NCBI RefSeq assembly: GCF_006345805.1
Contig: NC_043001.1
Coordinates: forward strand, 123,256,001 to 123,320,000
DNA length: 64,000 nucleotides
Reading direction: 5' to 3'
DNA from: Octopus sinensis
Lineage: Eukaryota
Shown here: positions 25,076-38,159 of the stretch, piece after piece
How the letters are laid out: the number at the start of each line of letters is the position of its first letter
How positions within the stretch are numbered: position 1 is the stretch's first letter
Made by a program: the position numbers and the translations under genes
The notes under the pieces: generated by a model
What the model was told of the DNA's origin: nothing
Database searches by the model: none
The model's input: the letters and a program-made list of their open reading frames with translations, nothing else

Positions 25076-25607
25076 GTATGTATGTATGTATGTATGTATG
25101 TATGTATGTATGTATGTATGTATGTATGTATGTATGTATGCAAGTTTGTATGTATGTATGTATGTATGCGTGTACGTATGTATGTATGTATGTATGTATG
25201 TATGTATGTATGTATGTATGTATGTATGTATGTTTGTATGTATGTATGTAGGTATGTATGTATGTATGTATGTCTGTATGTATGTATGTATGTGTGTACG
25301 TATGTACGTATGTACGTATGTATGTATGTATGTATGTATGTATGTATGTATGTATATGTATGTATGTATGTATGTATGTATTTATTTATGTTCGTATGTA
25401 CGTATGTATATATGTATGTATGTATGTATGTATGTACGTACGTATGTATGTATACCCCGCACCAACATATATATATACATACACACACATATAGGCGTTG
25501 TCATATCTCTAATTAATTTTTTTTCAATTAATAATTTGGCTTTCTCGATGAATAAGATGTATCACGTGAAGTGCAGCTTGTATTTAATCTATCTATCGAT
25601 CTATCGG

Positions 25608-25689
<82 letters not shown>

Positions 25690-25766
25690 CATCTATCTAT
25701 CCATCTATCTATCTACCTATCTATCGATCTATCGATCTATCTATCTATCTATCTATCTATCCATCC

Positions 25767-25839
<73 letters not shown>

Positions 25840-25850
25840 CATATACACAC
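25076..25850. repeat. Compound (ATGT)n and (ATCT)n microsatellite block
   Basis: Long degenerate tetranucleotide arrays; source of several spurious ORFs. Confidence 0.95.
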
Positions 25851-26710
25851 ACATGCTAATATAAAAGGTGCACTATCTATAGACGTCATTCCAGCTCGTT
25901 ACTCATCCATATCAGATGATATCATTTCTAACACGTAACGACCATTGTAATTATTAAATTGCTCAAGATGAATATCTGTCTAGATGAATTTTAACATGAA
26001 TAGATTTCTCTTTCAAGACATATGTTCATATTATCAGTATACATAGTTAGGAAGAAAAATCATTGATGAATGATCTATTATTCGTTAAATACTTCACGTA
26101 AATGTAATCAGATTTTACAAACGTGTGTCATTTTCGATGATGATATACTGGTGCTATTCGTAGATTTCACTGTGAGCGTCCTATCAACCAAAATTTTTTC
26201 TTTTGGTTTTCCTCTTGTATACTATAGAATAGCAATTATGTATATCTATCTTACAAAGAAAGAAAATAATGAAAATTTCGCATTTCTTTTATGATATTTC
26301 ATTGAGTGATTGTGAATATATGGCGCGTATGCGCATCTCTATCTATCTATCCATCTATGAACCCGGAAAAATTTAAAACTGAGTTACTTACTTGCAAATA
26401 GATGTGTTAACATGTGACATTATTGACCGAGGTTACCGTGGTCTTTTCCGTAGGCTTTTTTTTCCACGGATAAACCTTATCTTTTTCCCCCTTTACACTT
26501 TACATCATGACATTTCTATGATACACGATCATTATTGATCGTTTTTTTAACGATCCCTTTTGATCGAAAACCTACCCCCACTTTTTTTCTCCCCAAAAAG
26601 AAAAGCTCTACTTTGTAATTTGTCCCCTCTGTGTTCAGCCCTGTGTGGCTAATAAAGAAACATATCTATTATCTATCTATCTATCTATCTATATCTATCT
26701 ATCTATCTAT

Positions 26711-26748
<38 letters not shown>

Positions 26749-26814
26749 CGGGTCGACCTTGAGTGACTTCAACACAACCAAAGCATTCTATAGGGGATTA
26801 GTGGAGGGAGGTAT

Positions 26815-26888
<74 letters not shown>

Positions 26889-26891
26889 TAT

Positions 26892-26950
<59 letters not shown>

Positions 26951-26974
26951 CACAATGCCGTTCATCGCATCTAT

Positions 26975-27204
26975 TTAGCTTTCGTATGATGCCACGTTAT
27001 TGGCTTGTCAGGTAAGCCCACATTATCCCTGAACGGATATCCAGTCCACCTCGCAGGGCTACCCACTTATGACTAAGTGGACCGAAGCAACGTGAAACGA
27101 AGTGTATTGCTCAAGTACACAATGCAGTGCCAGCCTACAAAGGGAATCGAGACTATGACCTTGCGACCATGAGTGCAACACCCTACCCATTCGGCCACGC
27201 GCCT

Positions 27205-27208
<4 letters not shown>
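26975..27208 (-). mobile_element. tRNA-derived SINE, family D-like
   Basis: Reverse complement has a tRNA-like head (gtgaaggcgcgtggccgaatgggtagggtgttgcactc...tctcgattccc) and a ttgagcaatacac core-like segment. Confidence 0.7.
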
Positions 27209-27235
<27 letters not shown>

Positions 27236-27286
27236 GTCATTAAGATGCCTTATTCGCAATTTACAACCAAAAGGCACAAGTATAGT

Positions 27287-27641
27287 CGTCACTAAGGGGA
27301 TTAAGCCTGCTAGTGAGCACCAGCATTGCAAGAAATAACAACTCTTAGCCACGGTGAAGCACTTATCTAATTGCGAATAAGCCAACTTAATAATTTATAA
27401 TTTTCACAATTTGCCATTTATGGAATCAGCCTGTGATTCCTACGGTATTTGCTATGAACTGACAAGCGAGTTAGCTTTGACCCTCGGCAATCGGGTGAGA
27501 GTCGCTGATGAGGATTATTCATATCCGAAATCATCGAAGATCTGGCTGTCTCGATTGGTATAAGGGGATTGTCTCCCTTATCATTTATTAGATAAGTGCT
27601 TCCTCGAGGCTAAGAGTTGTTCTGACTAGCACCCCAAGTCA
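27287..27641 (+). mobile_element. Short element with inverted ends and a decayed hammerhead core
   Basis: gtcactaagg / ccttagtgac at the ends; a 34-bp inverted pair aacaactcttagcc..gaagcacttatctaa; central CTGATGA-ggat(tattcat)atcc-GAAA at 27505-27530. Confidence 0.55.
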
Positions 27642-27679
27642 CCTTAGTGACCTCTCTCTCTCTCTCTTTCTTATATATA

Positions 27680-27770
<91 letters not shown>

Positions 27771-27951
27771 AATGAATACTCGCACCTTTTTCAGACTTGG
27801 AACGCGTACCACTTCGGAGGGTTTAGTAATTATTTAGTATTTATTTTTACGTTTGGCAGTTATTCGGTTTTGCCAAATCGCCAAGTTTTGGCGTGCAAAC
27901 AAACAAGCCATTTTGTCCAGCAGTGTGACATTAGAACTGAATATGCAGAAT

Positions 27952-28021
<70 letters not shown>

Positions 28022-28194
28022 GACAGAGACACAGAGAGAGAGTGAGAGAAAGAGAGAGCAAGAGATAGACATATACATGTGCAAACGCACACATGATAGA
28101 TAACGCTCAATTTCTGTGCGTTGGCATTGAACCTGAAAGTATATGGTATCGGTGAGACGTTCTTAATCACATATCTACGTCAATACATATATAT

Positions 28195-28283
<89 letters not shown>

Positions 28284-28639
28284 TTGTTAATGTTGTTTAC
28301 TTTTCGATAACTTGAAGTTTTGCTCCGAAGAGGCATTCATCAGATTGTATTTCAACGAAAAATGTTTGCTAAGTTCTGCGTTGGGTCACAAGTCCTGCTT
28401 CCCACTACACCCCACCAGACCTGCCATACCTCACTCCTCCCCACCACACTGAGCCACATCACGCCACTTGTTACACACTACTTTCTATAATATTGTATTC
28501 TCTTCTGTCAAATGGTATAACTACTAAATTCTGTTCGATACCCGCTAGTGAAAAAAAAATGAAAAAAAAATGGAGAACGAAATCCATCATAGTCGTTTCC
28601 AGAATGACTACATCACAAGTCTATTGAGTGTGCTGTTTT

Positions 28640-28790
28640 CCTTTTACTCCAGGCAACATCTTTGAAAAAATTTTCGCTTTATTGATACGTTGTCTTCTCT
28701 TCGTTATCTCAATGAATCGATAACGAGAACATCAAGACATATTCCCCCTCAGGTCTGAAGTTTAATGATGAAAACAAAAAGAAAAATACA
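28640..28790 (+). mobile_element. Possible degenerate Penelope-type RT fragment
   Basis: NFRFIDTLSS...NIKTYSPSGLKFNDEN resembles the FRYIDDL...IYP.EL.L..EN pattern. Confidence 0.35.
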
Positions 28791-29916
28791 CAACAAATAG
28801 TGAAAATCAAATAAAAGCAGAGAAGAATCTCCGTATTTCACGCTGAACTACAATATTTTGTAGAAGCAAAATGACCGGGCTAATAGGGTTTTGAGCAAGC
28901 AACTCTTGGATAAGTGTTTAAATCAATTTTCTTCATGGAAAAGGTTATGTTGATATTTTATTGTGCCTTACGGAAGATTTCTGAGGATCCAAGTTTATAT
29001 GGTTATGTAAGTATTTCACTGAGCCTCATGCAGGAATTATAAAAGACCAAGTTTAGCTGATTAGTCAATCTAGATACCAAGTGTTCTGTGAATGATACTT
29101 GCGAATTGTATTTTATTTTATTTGGTTATTTAAAGTGATTCTTAAGCAACTTCTTCAAGAGTTATTATAGATCGTGAACATATTCAATGTTATTACCATA
29201 GTTTGTCATAGATTTATATTTGATGTAATCGCGATTGTTCGGTAATGACCAAGTTAATATGACATCAACATCTATCTTCGTTGTTCAATGACATTTGTGG
29301 TCATCAATGCCACTTTGTGATCACAGAGTAAAACATGGAACTTTCATGACCCTCAGCTATGACCTTAATATATATAAATAAAATGAGATAGCTCAGAGCT
29401 GTTCAAAGAAGGACTTCAATTCAACGCCACAAGCTAACGAAACAATGTTTTACAACGGCATGCTCTATCTACTTATGATATCTATTTATGATTTGGTAGC
29501 CAAGGACATAGCGGAGTGCTCTCAACAGAATACGAACCGTTGACCTTCCGATCAGTAGTCTAATGTCCTGTCAACTTCAGTCAGCTGCGTCGACAATGAT
29601 TTAGGAAGGTGTAAAAAGGTGAAATAAAATTTCATTCATCAAATGTGAAATGTAATATGTGGATGTCAGAGGTGAAGTTCTTATGCAAACGGTGTTTACG
29701 ACACAAGTTTTCATTAGATAGATATAAAGACATCTTTATAGCTACACTTTGTTGAAACGTATTTTAACGAGAATTTATTGAACTATTCCGACACAACACT
29801 GCGTATTTCGTACAAAAGAAATCCAAATTTGAAGTTATGGATCTACAAAACGCTGACAAGACGAAGAAGAAGATGATGATGAAGAAGAAGGAAATGAAGG
29901 GGAAGGAGAAGGAGAG

Positions 29917-30277
29917 GATATCATTATAAAGGACAAAAGAAGCAAACAAGGTTAGATCATAGACTTAGCAATGTCATATGATAAAATTATAGTGGATACG
30001 TTCGAAATTGAAAATGTTGAGTAAAAATATTAGCCAGAAACAGGAAGAGATTGTGAAAGACTAAGACAACAAATATTTCTGTGGTGAATGGTGCCACTGA
30101 CAGAAAACATAAACAGCTACCTAAGAGTTTGAAGGATATGGGAATTGAAACGCGCATAGTGAACCTGCAGAAAAGTGAAATCCCGTTTCCGCATGAATCC
30201 TATGAAAGATTCTTGAGATTTCTGGAGGTTTGTCACCAAAACTCAAGACAATGTCACTGATCACTAATATAGGATGT
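29917..30277 (+). mobile_element. Old 3' end of an RLE-type (R4/Dong-like) non-LTR retrotransposon
   Basis: DIIIKDKRSKQG*IIDLA.SYD, TTNISVVNGA, GIETRIVNLQK (restriction-like endonuclease PD..D pattern); followed by an AAT/GAT tail. Confidence 0.7.
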
Positions 30278-30318
30278 AATAATAAAAAAAAAAAAGAAAA
30301 TAATAATAATAATAATGG

Positions 30319-30351
<33 letters not shown>

Positions 30352-30401
30352 GAATGATGATGATGATAATAATAATAATAATGATAATAATAATAATAAT
30401 A

Positions 30402-30469
<68 letters not shown>

Positions 30470-30495
30470 GTAATAATAATAATAGTAATAATAAT

Positions 30496-30802
30496 AAAAA
30501 ATACAAAGACCTGGAAATAGAGGTAACTAGAATGTGGAATCTGGAAACAGAAACAATTCCTATCATAGTAGGTGCATTAGGCATGATAAAAAAATATTCA
30601 GACAAATACATAACAAAAACACCAGGACTTACAAACACATATAACATACAGAAAATTGCACTACTAGGCACTGCACACATCCTACGCAGAACACTTTCCA
30701 TACAATAACCATCAGAGCATCACAACAAATCACAGCACATACCCAAGGCACACAGAGCTGCGCTCGGTAGTGAAGTGAAAGCACGCTATAAAAATAAAAC
30801 TA

Positions 30803-30805
<3 letters not shown>
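30496..30805 (+). mobile_element. Young 5'-truncated RLE-type (R4/Dong-like) LINE 3' end inserted in (AAT)n
   Basis: Uninterrupted frame 30499-30708 KYKDLEIEVTRMWNLETETIPIIVGALGMIKK...IQKIALLGTAHILRRTLSIQ*, a ~100-bp 3'UTR, and (AAT)n on both sides. Confidence 0.9.
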
Positions 30806-30871
<66 letters not shown>

Positions 30872-30873
<2 letters not shown>

Positions 30874-31682
30874 TGGTTTCAAATGTTGGCACATGGCCAG
30901 CAATTTCGTAGGGGTATGAGTCGAATACGTTGACCCTAGCTCTCAACTGGTACTTATTTTATCGACCCCAAAAAGATGAAAGGCAAAGTCGACCTCGGCG
31001 AAATTTGAACTCAGAACGTAAGGACGGACGAAATCCCTATTTCTTTACTACCCACAAGGGGCTAAATAAGGACAGACAAACGGATTAAGTCGATTATATC
31101 GACCCCAGTGCGTAACTGGAACTTAATTCATCGACCCCGAAAGGATGAAAGGCAAAGTCGACCTCGGCGGAATTAGAATTCAGAACGTAACGGCAGACGA
31201 AATATCGTTATGCATTTTACCCGGCGTGCTAATAATTCTGCCAGCTTGCGAATAATAATAATAGCGACAGCAATAATTCTTTCTACTATAGGTATAAGGC
31301 GTGGAATTTTGGGGGCGTGAGCTAGTCGACTACATCGACACTGGTGCTCAACTGGCACTTATTTTATCGACCCGAAGAGGGGAGCAAGGTAAAATCAGCC
31401 TCGGCAATATTTGAACAGAAAGTAAAGACAGACGAAATGCCGCTAAGCATTTTGATGATGATAATAATCTTTTCTACCATAGGCACAAGGCCTGAATTTT
31501 GCGGGAGGAGACTAGCCGATTATATCGACCCCAGTGTTTCACTGGTACTTAATTTATCGACCCCGAAAGGATGGAAGGCAAAGTCGACCTCGGCGGAATT
31601 TGAACTTAGAACGTAGCGACGGGCGAAACACCTCTAAGCATTTCATTCAGCGTGCTAACGATTCTGTCAGTTCACCGCCTTA
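30872..31682 (-). mobile_element. Cluster of family A SINEs (tandem dimer 30872-31250, plus copies at about 31265-31450 and 31465-31682)
   Basis: Repeated gaccccgaaaggatgaaaggcaaagtcgacctcggcggaatttgaac blocks. Confidence 0.9.
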
Positions 31683-31685
31683 ACA

Positions 31686-31757
<72 letters not shown>

Positions 31758-33490
31758 TGATAATAATAATAATAATAATTATAATAATAATAGAAATGGA
31801 ATAATAAACAGCATCTGTGATAACAGTAGTATTAGTAGCTGTAGTTCAAAGTCGCTAGCTACATAGCAAATTGGCTGTATGTCTGTTGCTGGTTGTAACT
31901 ATAAATGCCGGGGAAAGCAATAGAATTCACATGATCTGGCTAGTATAGATATGTACGAAAATGATTGCGTACGTGTGTGTATGTATGTAAATATGTGTTA
32001 TATGATAACTAAAACAGAAGTAGAAGGATGTAAGGAAAGTAAGGAAAAAAAAAATTCAAAGATGGAGGCCAGTTCAAAGCATCAACCAATAATAGTTGTA
32101 TTGCTTTATTGCAGTTATTTACTTTCCTCCTGAGTAGCAACAGCATAGGTGTAATATCAGTGTTCATTAATAGTAGTTATGGTCGTGATGATGATCACAG
32201 TGTGTGAGTAGTAAACTCTAATCGTAAATGCAGTCGATATATTTGCGGTAACGGCTTGAAATTATCTGCCTTGAATCTCTGCCAATGTACGTCCAAAGTG
32301 CGTATCAAAGGATTTGACGTGTCAAAATAAAGGCAAATAAGAAAAACCGCTCGGGCCACTACAATGTCGTGTGATGTTAGCCAGAATTTACCATTCCGTG
32401 AAATCAAATGTCATCTAATACAAATATCATTCAAACTACAAACTCGTCACACTTCTTCATCCTCTCTCCCTCCCTTGTCATACGTAGGCTGCAACAACTC
32501 GACAGGAATAACGCCAGAAACCATATTGTGAACTGAGGAAAAGATAAACACCATATTTTCCAGTGTTTTTCCCTTCACATTTTAGTGAAAAAGAATTCGG
32601 CTACGATTGACAGAAAAAAACTTCTTGTACTAATAATAGCCTAACAAGACCTTTCTCCAAAATGCATTGACAGGAGTTCATTGTAACAGAAAACTGATAA
32701 GACCAAATTGGAAATTTATCACGCGAACACGACAATATTGAAACTGTAGATATAATACAAGTACATTTAAGTAGATATAATACAAGTAAGTACATCAAGA
32801 GTTTTGTGAAGACTCGAATAGAAAGAACTTGAGAAAATTTGAATATACGACACGTTTCCTTTATTTTGTGGTACGAGTCTTGATGAAAATCTTTCATATA
32901 TTAGAGTAATTTGAATACGTCAGCAACTTTGAAGAAATTTGAACCATTGTTGTTTAGCATCAGTTAAACTTTAATGCAATAGGTTTATATACACGACTAC
33001 ATTATTTTATATGACTTTCTTTATTTCAGCCAGTTGTTTGATATTTGAAGGAGACTTAGTTGCTATTTCTGTCAAGTTGAGCAACAACTTAGAGGCCTTC
33101 TCGCTTGAAAAATCTATAAAGGCAGTGGTAGTCGCAGCAAATCCGTTGATTAAAATGGCAGTATACATATCGAAGAATATACTCTTTATATATACTATCT
33201 CCAACGTTATGCTGTCTCCTTAGTATTGGCATTGAGATAAATAAGCATTGCTTAATTCACTTGGTTATTAATGTATATATTGAATAAACAAAAATAAACA
33301 CTAAATGTTTGAGGAACCATATTGTAACTATTGAATATTCTGGATTTAATAAATCTAGTCGCGGTTTAATGAAGACAAAATATAATCAACCAGTATGCAA
33401 CACATCTCCTTCCATCCTTTCTCATCCCACCTTACAAGTATGTATGTATGTATGTATGTATGTATGTATGTATGTATGTATGTATGTATG

Positions 33491-33521
<31 letters not shown>

Positions 33522-33808
33522 CTCTGTGTATGTATGTATGTAAGTATGTATGTATGTATGTAAGTATGTATGTATGTATGTATGTATGTATGTATGTATG
33601 TATGCTTGTTTGTATGTACCGATCTGTTAGTCTATCTCTTTATGTATGTTTATATATATATTTATGTATGAATGGCGGAATAAATTATTAATTCGACCAA
33701 GAAAGCCTGGGTAGTTGTATTTACAAGATTTGTGATTTTTATTGTAAGATTATCCTTGCTCTCTCAGCTGATCGAGTACTTTTCTGCTTGTCGAAACATT
33801 GAAAAAGA

Positions 33809-33847
<39 letters not shown>

Positions 33848-34186
33848 AAAAAACCTTTAAAATGCTCCGCCCAGCCATGTTACGAAAGTAAGTAGAGTCT
33901 GTTATATGCTTGTTCATGTATGATATAAGCAGGTATACAAGACCTGACCCACCGTATCTTTCCATCGACCCTTAGATGATCAAACAGGTCAACAGGTTTG
34001 TAATAAAGTAAATGAAATAATTGCCAGGTGTGTTAAAGGTGCAATTAGTTGGAATCTGTTGTCATATGTCATCCATCTAGGTAGGTGCTTTCACTGAAAT
34101 TTCAGAGAAAAGTTTGATACATTGAAATTTATTCGTTTTGGTTTTTCATAATTAAGAATTCCTTCAAAAGAATATATATATATATA

Positions 34187-34240
<54 letters not shown>

Positions 34241-34629
34241 ATATATATATAGAAAAGACAAAATAAAGGGAAAAAACTACAGAAGTCTCGTGTTATATGG
34301 TTAAAGAATATATTTAAATAGTTATGTTAGAAAAATGTTATAAAATTTTGCGTATAGTAACATTGTTTTTAGCAAAATAACCGGTTTCGTATTTTCTTTT
34401 CAAATTCTCAAATTTCTTTACCTATATTGTGTCATGTCTTCGCTATGTTGTGAAATATGGAGTTTCAGACAGAAGAAGGTAATCAGGGATTTTTTCAGTA
34501 TAAGGGAAATAATCAAAAATGTTGGGAATGACTAAGTTTTATTAGTTTAATATGATTTGGTTTACAAGGAATAGAATGTTACAAGTGGTTAGGTTTTGCT
34601 TTATATTTTTTTCAATGAGGAGAGTCACC

Positions 34630-34926
34630 TTATTTAAAAATATTAGAAATGGTTAAGTTTTGATTATATTTTTCAATGAAGTATGTTTCCTTATTTAATC
34701 TAATTTGTGTTGGTGCTCCAATGGCACATTGATAGAATGGAAAGATTACAAATTGTGGTGGCAGTTGCTTTGCGCATTTCTCAATATGTTCACTATAGGA
34801 TATTATTCTGTATTCTGGGAATGCAATCTGCTGTCGGTGCAGAGTGCATCTGCGTCTGAGCGATAATCCCGTGGACCCTATGTAGTTTTGGTGGCAGCCC
34901 GAGCATCTTACAATGTAAATCAGGTT
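34630..34926 (-). CDS. Uninterrupted 98-codon GIY-YIG endonuclease frame (no start codon; TE-derived)
   Basis: NLIYIVRCSGCHQNYIGSTGLSLRRRCTLHRQQIAFPEYRIISYSEHIEKCAKQLPPQFVIFPFYQCAIGAPTQIRLNKETYFIEKYNQNLTISNIFK*. It has the NLIY/YIG motif, the conserved R and H residues, and the C-terminal E.YFI.KYN. Confidence 0.8.
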   Translation of the reverse strand, partial: NLIYIVRCSGCHQNYIGSTGLSLRRRCTLHRQQIAFPEYRIISYSEHIEKCAKQLPPQFVIFPFYQCAIGAPTQIRLNKETYFIEKYNQNLTISNIFK

Positions 34927-35114
34927 GTAACCACTTGTAACATTCTATTCCTTCTAAACCAAATCATATTAAACTAATAAAAGCTAGTAATTCCCAACAT
35001 TTTTTATTATCGCCCTTAAACCAAAAGAATCCTTGATTACCTTCACAACATAGCGAAGACTTGACACAATATAGGTAATGAAATTTGAGAAATTTGAAAA
35101 GAAAATACGAAACC

Positions 35115-35347
35115 TATTTCTTTATTACCCACAAGGGGATAAACATAGAGGGGACAAACAAGGACAGACATAGGTATTATGTCGATTACATCGACCCCAG
35201 TGCGTAACTGGTACTTAATTTATCGACCCCGAAAGGATGAAAGGCAAAGTCGACCTCGGCGGTATTTGAACTCACAACGTAGCGGCAGACGAAGTACCGC
35301 AAAGCATTTCGCCCGGTGTGCTAACGCTTCTGCTAGCTCGCCACCTT
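35115..35347 (-). mobile_element. SINE family A (young) with 16-bp TSD, inserted in the right pLTR arm
   Basis: TSD aagaaaatacgaaacc (35099-35114) / aagaaaattcgaaacc (35348-35363). Confidence 0.95.
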
Positions 35348-35543
35348 AAGAAAATTCGAAACCGGTTATTTCTCTAAATACAATGCTACTATGCGCAAAA
35401 TTTTATAACATTTTTCTAACATAACCATTTAAATATATTCTTTAACCATATAACACGAGCCTTCTGTAGTGTTTTCACTCTATTTTGTCTTTTATACATC
35501 CAACCACGTGCTTTCACATACCAACTCTCTCACCTATATATAA

Positions 35544-35590
<47 letters not shown>

Positions 35591-35923
35591 GTGTGTGTGT
35601 GTCTATGTTTATGTATATACACACACACACACACACTATATATATATATATATATATTAATATATATATATATATACATATACATATGTGTGTGTGTTTG
35701 AATGTATGTATATACATATATATGCATGAACACACACACAAATACACCGACACACCCCACATGTATATGCATGTATTGATAATCTTTTTTGAAGATTTTC
35801 AAGTGTATGAAAATAGATAGATAAGAAAAAGACAAAGAAATGGAGAGATATGAAGAAGAAAGGTGGAAAAAGCGATGTAAAAGGAAATATTTAATGAAAT
35901 AAACTTACACATACATCTATAAG

Positions 35924-35961
<38 letters not shown>

Positions 35962-37208
35962 TACAAGGTCGCGCACGCACTTATATAACAGTTTTACAGC
36001 CACATTATGACCCATTCACTCAGATACTGACACATCGTGGTCATAAACCACTTTGGAAAAGACATAAGTAGTCTACTTCACAATTATTTATCGAGTTCTC
36101 ACTGTGCATACAACAAAACAAAGTAATATACTCTTTTATATATAGTTCTGCCATATGAAGCTATGCATTACACTGACACACGTGCACACAAATACGCTGA
36201 CACACGCGTATGTATATATGCGCATACGCGTGTGTGTGTGTGTGTGTTTGTGTGTGTGTATGCGTACGTTCGACCGTACACATACATCCACACGCACAAG
36301 CGTATAGATGTATGTGTGGCTATGAAACTTCCGGTTTTCTTCGTCGCTATTCAGAAGCTTTTTCGCCTGATGCGAGCTTTTAGGCGAAAACAACAAATTT
36401 TACTGACTCTTAAAAGGTGCCATAGACCAAGACCCTTTGTGTATCAGTGGCTTGAATCGTACATAATTACGTTCGCCACTGGCCACTTTGAGTTATTTCC
36501 CTTAACACATTTTAGTTTAAATTATCAAATTACCTTGGCCATTAATGTTTCCTAATCTTTCTTGTATAAGATGTAATCCTTTGGCTACGGGATATAAGGT
36601 CAGAGAATTGCCGTGCTGACGACAGTTATTGGGCTAGAAACGCGTGCCAACAGTTAGCCTCTTATCTCCAGACAATAAGCCTATCCTTAATTCTTGAGAT
36701 TATCTTCCATTCCCAAGTGGAGCTGCATTTAATTGCTCTTTATTTGGTAGTTATGACACATACTCCAAAGACGAAGGTTCTCTCGATTGTTACATAAATC
36801 CACACACACACACACACACACCAAAGAACGGAGTAGGGAAATCATTTTAATACATCATCTACAATCGTTTCATCATTACTCAGTATAAGTGAAGAATGAG
36901 AATGATCTGCCTATTCGCTCCTTGATATTTGTCATTATAAACACCTTACGGATATTTGTGAATTTTCAGATATTTCGAATGACAAAAGCTGCCTACTCTT
37001 CAAATTTTCTCTTACCCGATATCTGTTGAAGTGCTTCATGTCGTAAACATCAAGGTTATATACCCCAAAATACCATGGCTCACTATATATGTACATGTGC
37101 GTGTGTATGTGTGTGTACATATTTATATGTATACACATACATGTGCACATATATACACACACATATATATATATATATGTATATTTTATTATGTAATATA
37201 TACATCTG

Positions 37209-37239
<31 letters not shown>

Positions 37240-37368
37240 TATATAATATATATATATATATGTATATATAGTTAATACAAACATGAACAAAGAGAAAAGA
37301 CAACAACGCGAGGACGTGGAACAAGTATAGTGTTATTGGACGCTCAGGAAAGAAAGAAAGAAGGAGGA

Positions 37369-37400
37369 TTTAACGTTTCGAGCAGAACTCTTGTCAGAAA
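37369..37400 (-). ncRNA. Decayed minimal hammerhead motif in a short element (about 37270-37470)
   Basis: ttt-CTGACAA-gagt(tct)gctc-GAAAC-GTT-aaa with a palindromic ACGT stem III. Shares ttcctgagcg downstream with the 14346 element. Confidence 0.5.
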
Positions 37401-37474
37401 CATAGAAAAAGGAAAGGTCCAAGGAAGGGAAGACGGAGAAAGAAAATCGCCAAAGATACACATGCTGTCACACT

Positions 37475-37509
<35 letters not shown>

Positions 37510-38159
37510 TTGACACATTTTTATATGTACACAAGCACATGTTTACATACGTACAAACACACAAATGCGTGTGCGATTGTATCTATACTATTTTCTTCTG
37601 GCACTTTTAAATTTGTGCTTAGTTGAATACATTATTTATATAAACTCTTGATTAAAATTGTCGTCATCAACAATTATTAATTTGTTTCTTCATTAGAAAA
37701 TTAAAAAGAGTTGTAATTCAAATTAATATCCTAATTTAGGTGGGTATTATGATAACCATTTCAGAATTTCACATAAAGAAAAAGCATTTCCAAAAATATT
37801 ACGATGCAGCGAGAGAGCAAAACATTGCGAAATAAATAGATATCGATTTTAAAATGTTTCATGATACAAAAACGATCAGAAAAACACAAAATTGCTGAAA
37901 TTTTAAATTGGAAATATAAAATAAAAATAATTGATAAATAAACGAAACTAGTATATATTCTTTGTTGGTGCCAGAAACAAAATATGAAATACGATTCGCT
38001 CGGCCTTAACATTTTAATGTTTCACTCGCAAGGTATACTCCATTATCCCAAATGCCATGCTGTGGTATCAAACCCGGGGTATTCGTAATTGCGAAGAAAG
38101 GCTGTTAAACATTTGGCCATATTGCTCGCTTATACATACATACACACACATATGCATAC

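Larger units (their letters stand above)
34251..35494 (-). mobile_element. Penelope-like remnant: GIY-YIG domain between inverted pseudo-LTRs
   Basis: Arms 34251-34591 and 34928-35494 are reverse complements; the right arm carries a SINE and a short deletion. The spacer encodes a GIY-YIG domain on the minus strand. Confidence 0.9.

Noticed and set aside
33007-33223. Overlapping ORFs on both strands with a good plus-strand acceptor (tttcag at 33029)
   Set aside because: No homology recognised, no convincing donor, and about 70 codons is not significant in a 64-kb window.
33755-33805. CTGATCGA...GAAAC hammerhead-like string
   Set aside because: Insertion in the core and no credible stems I or III.
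34380-34460. Possible hammerhead in the inverted pLTR arms (atagCGAAGA...GAAACCGGTT on the element strand)
   Set aside because: The core lacks the U of CUGA in both arms and stem I does not pair.
36534-36633. Minus-strand candidate exon PNNCRQHGNSLTLYPVAKGLHLIQERLGNINGQ ending in phase 1
   Set aside because: It is phase-compatible with the 11895 acceptor, but the acceptor is mediocre and 33 open codons can easily arise by chance.
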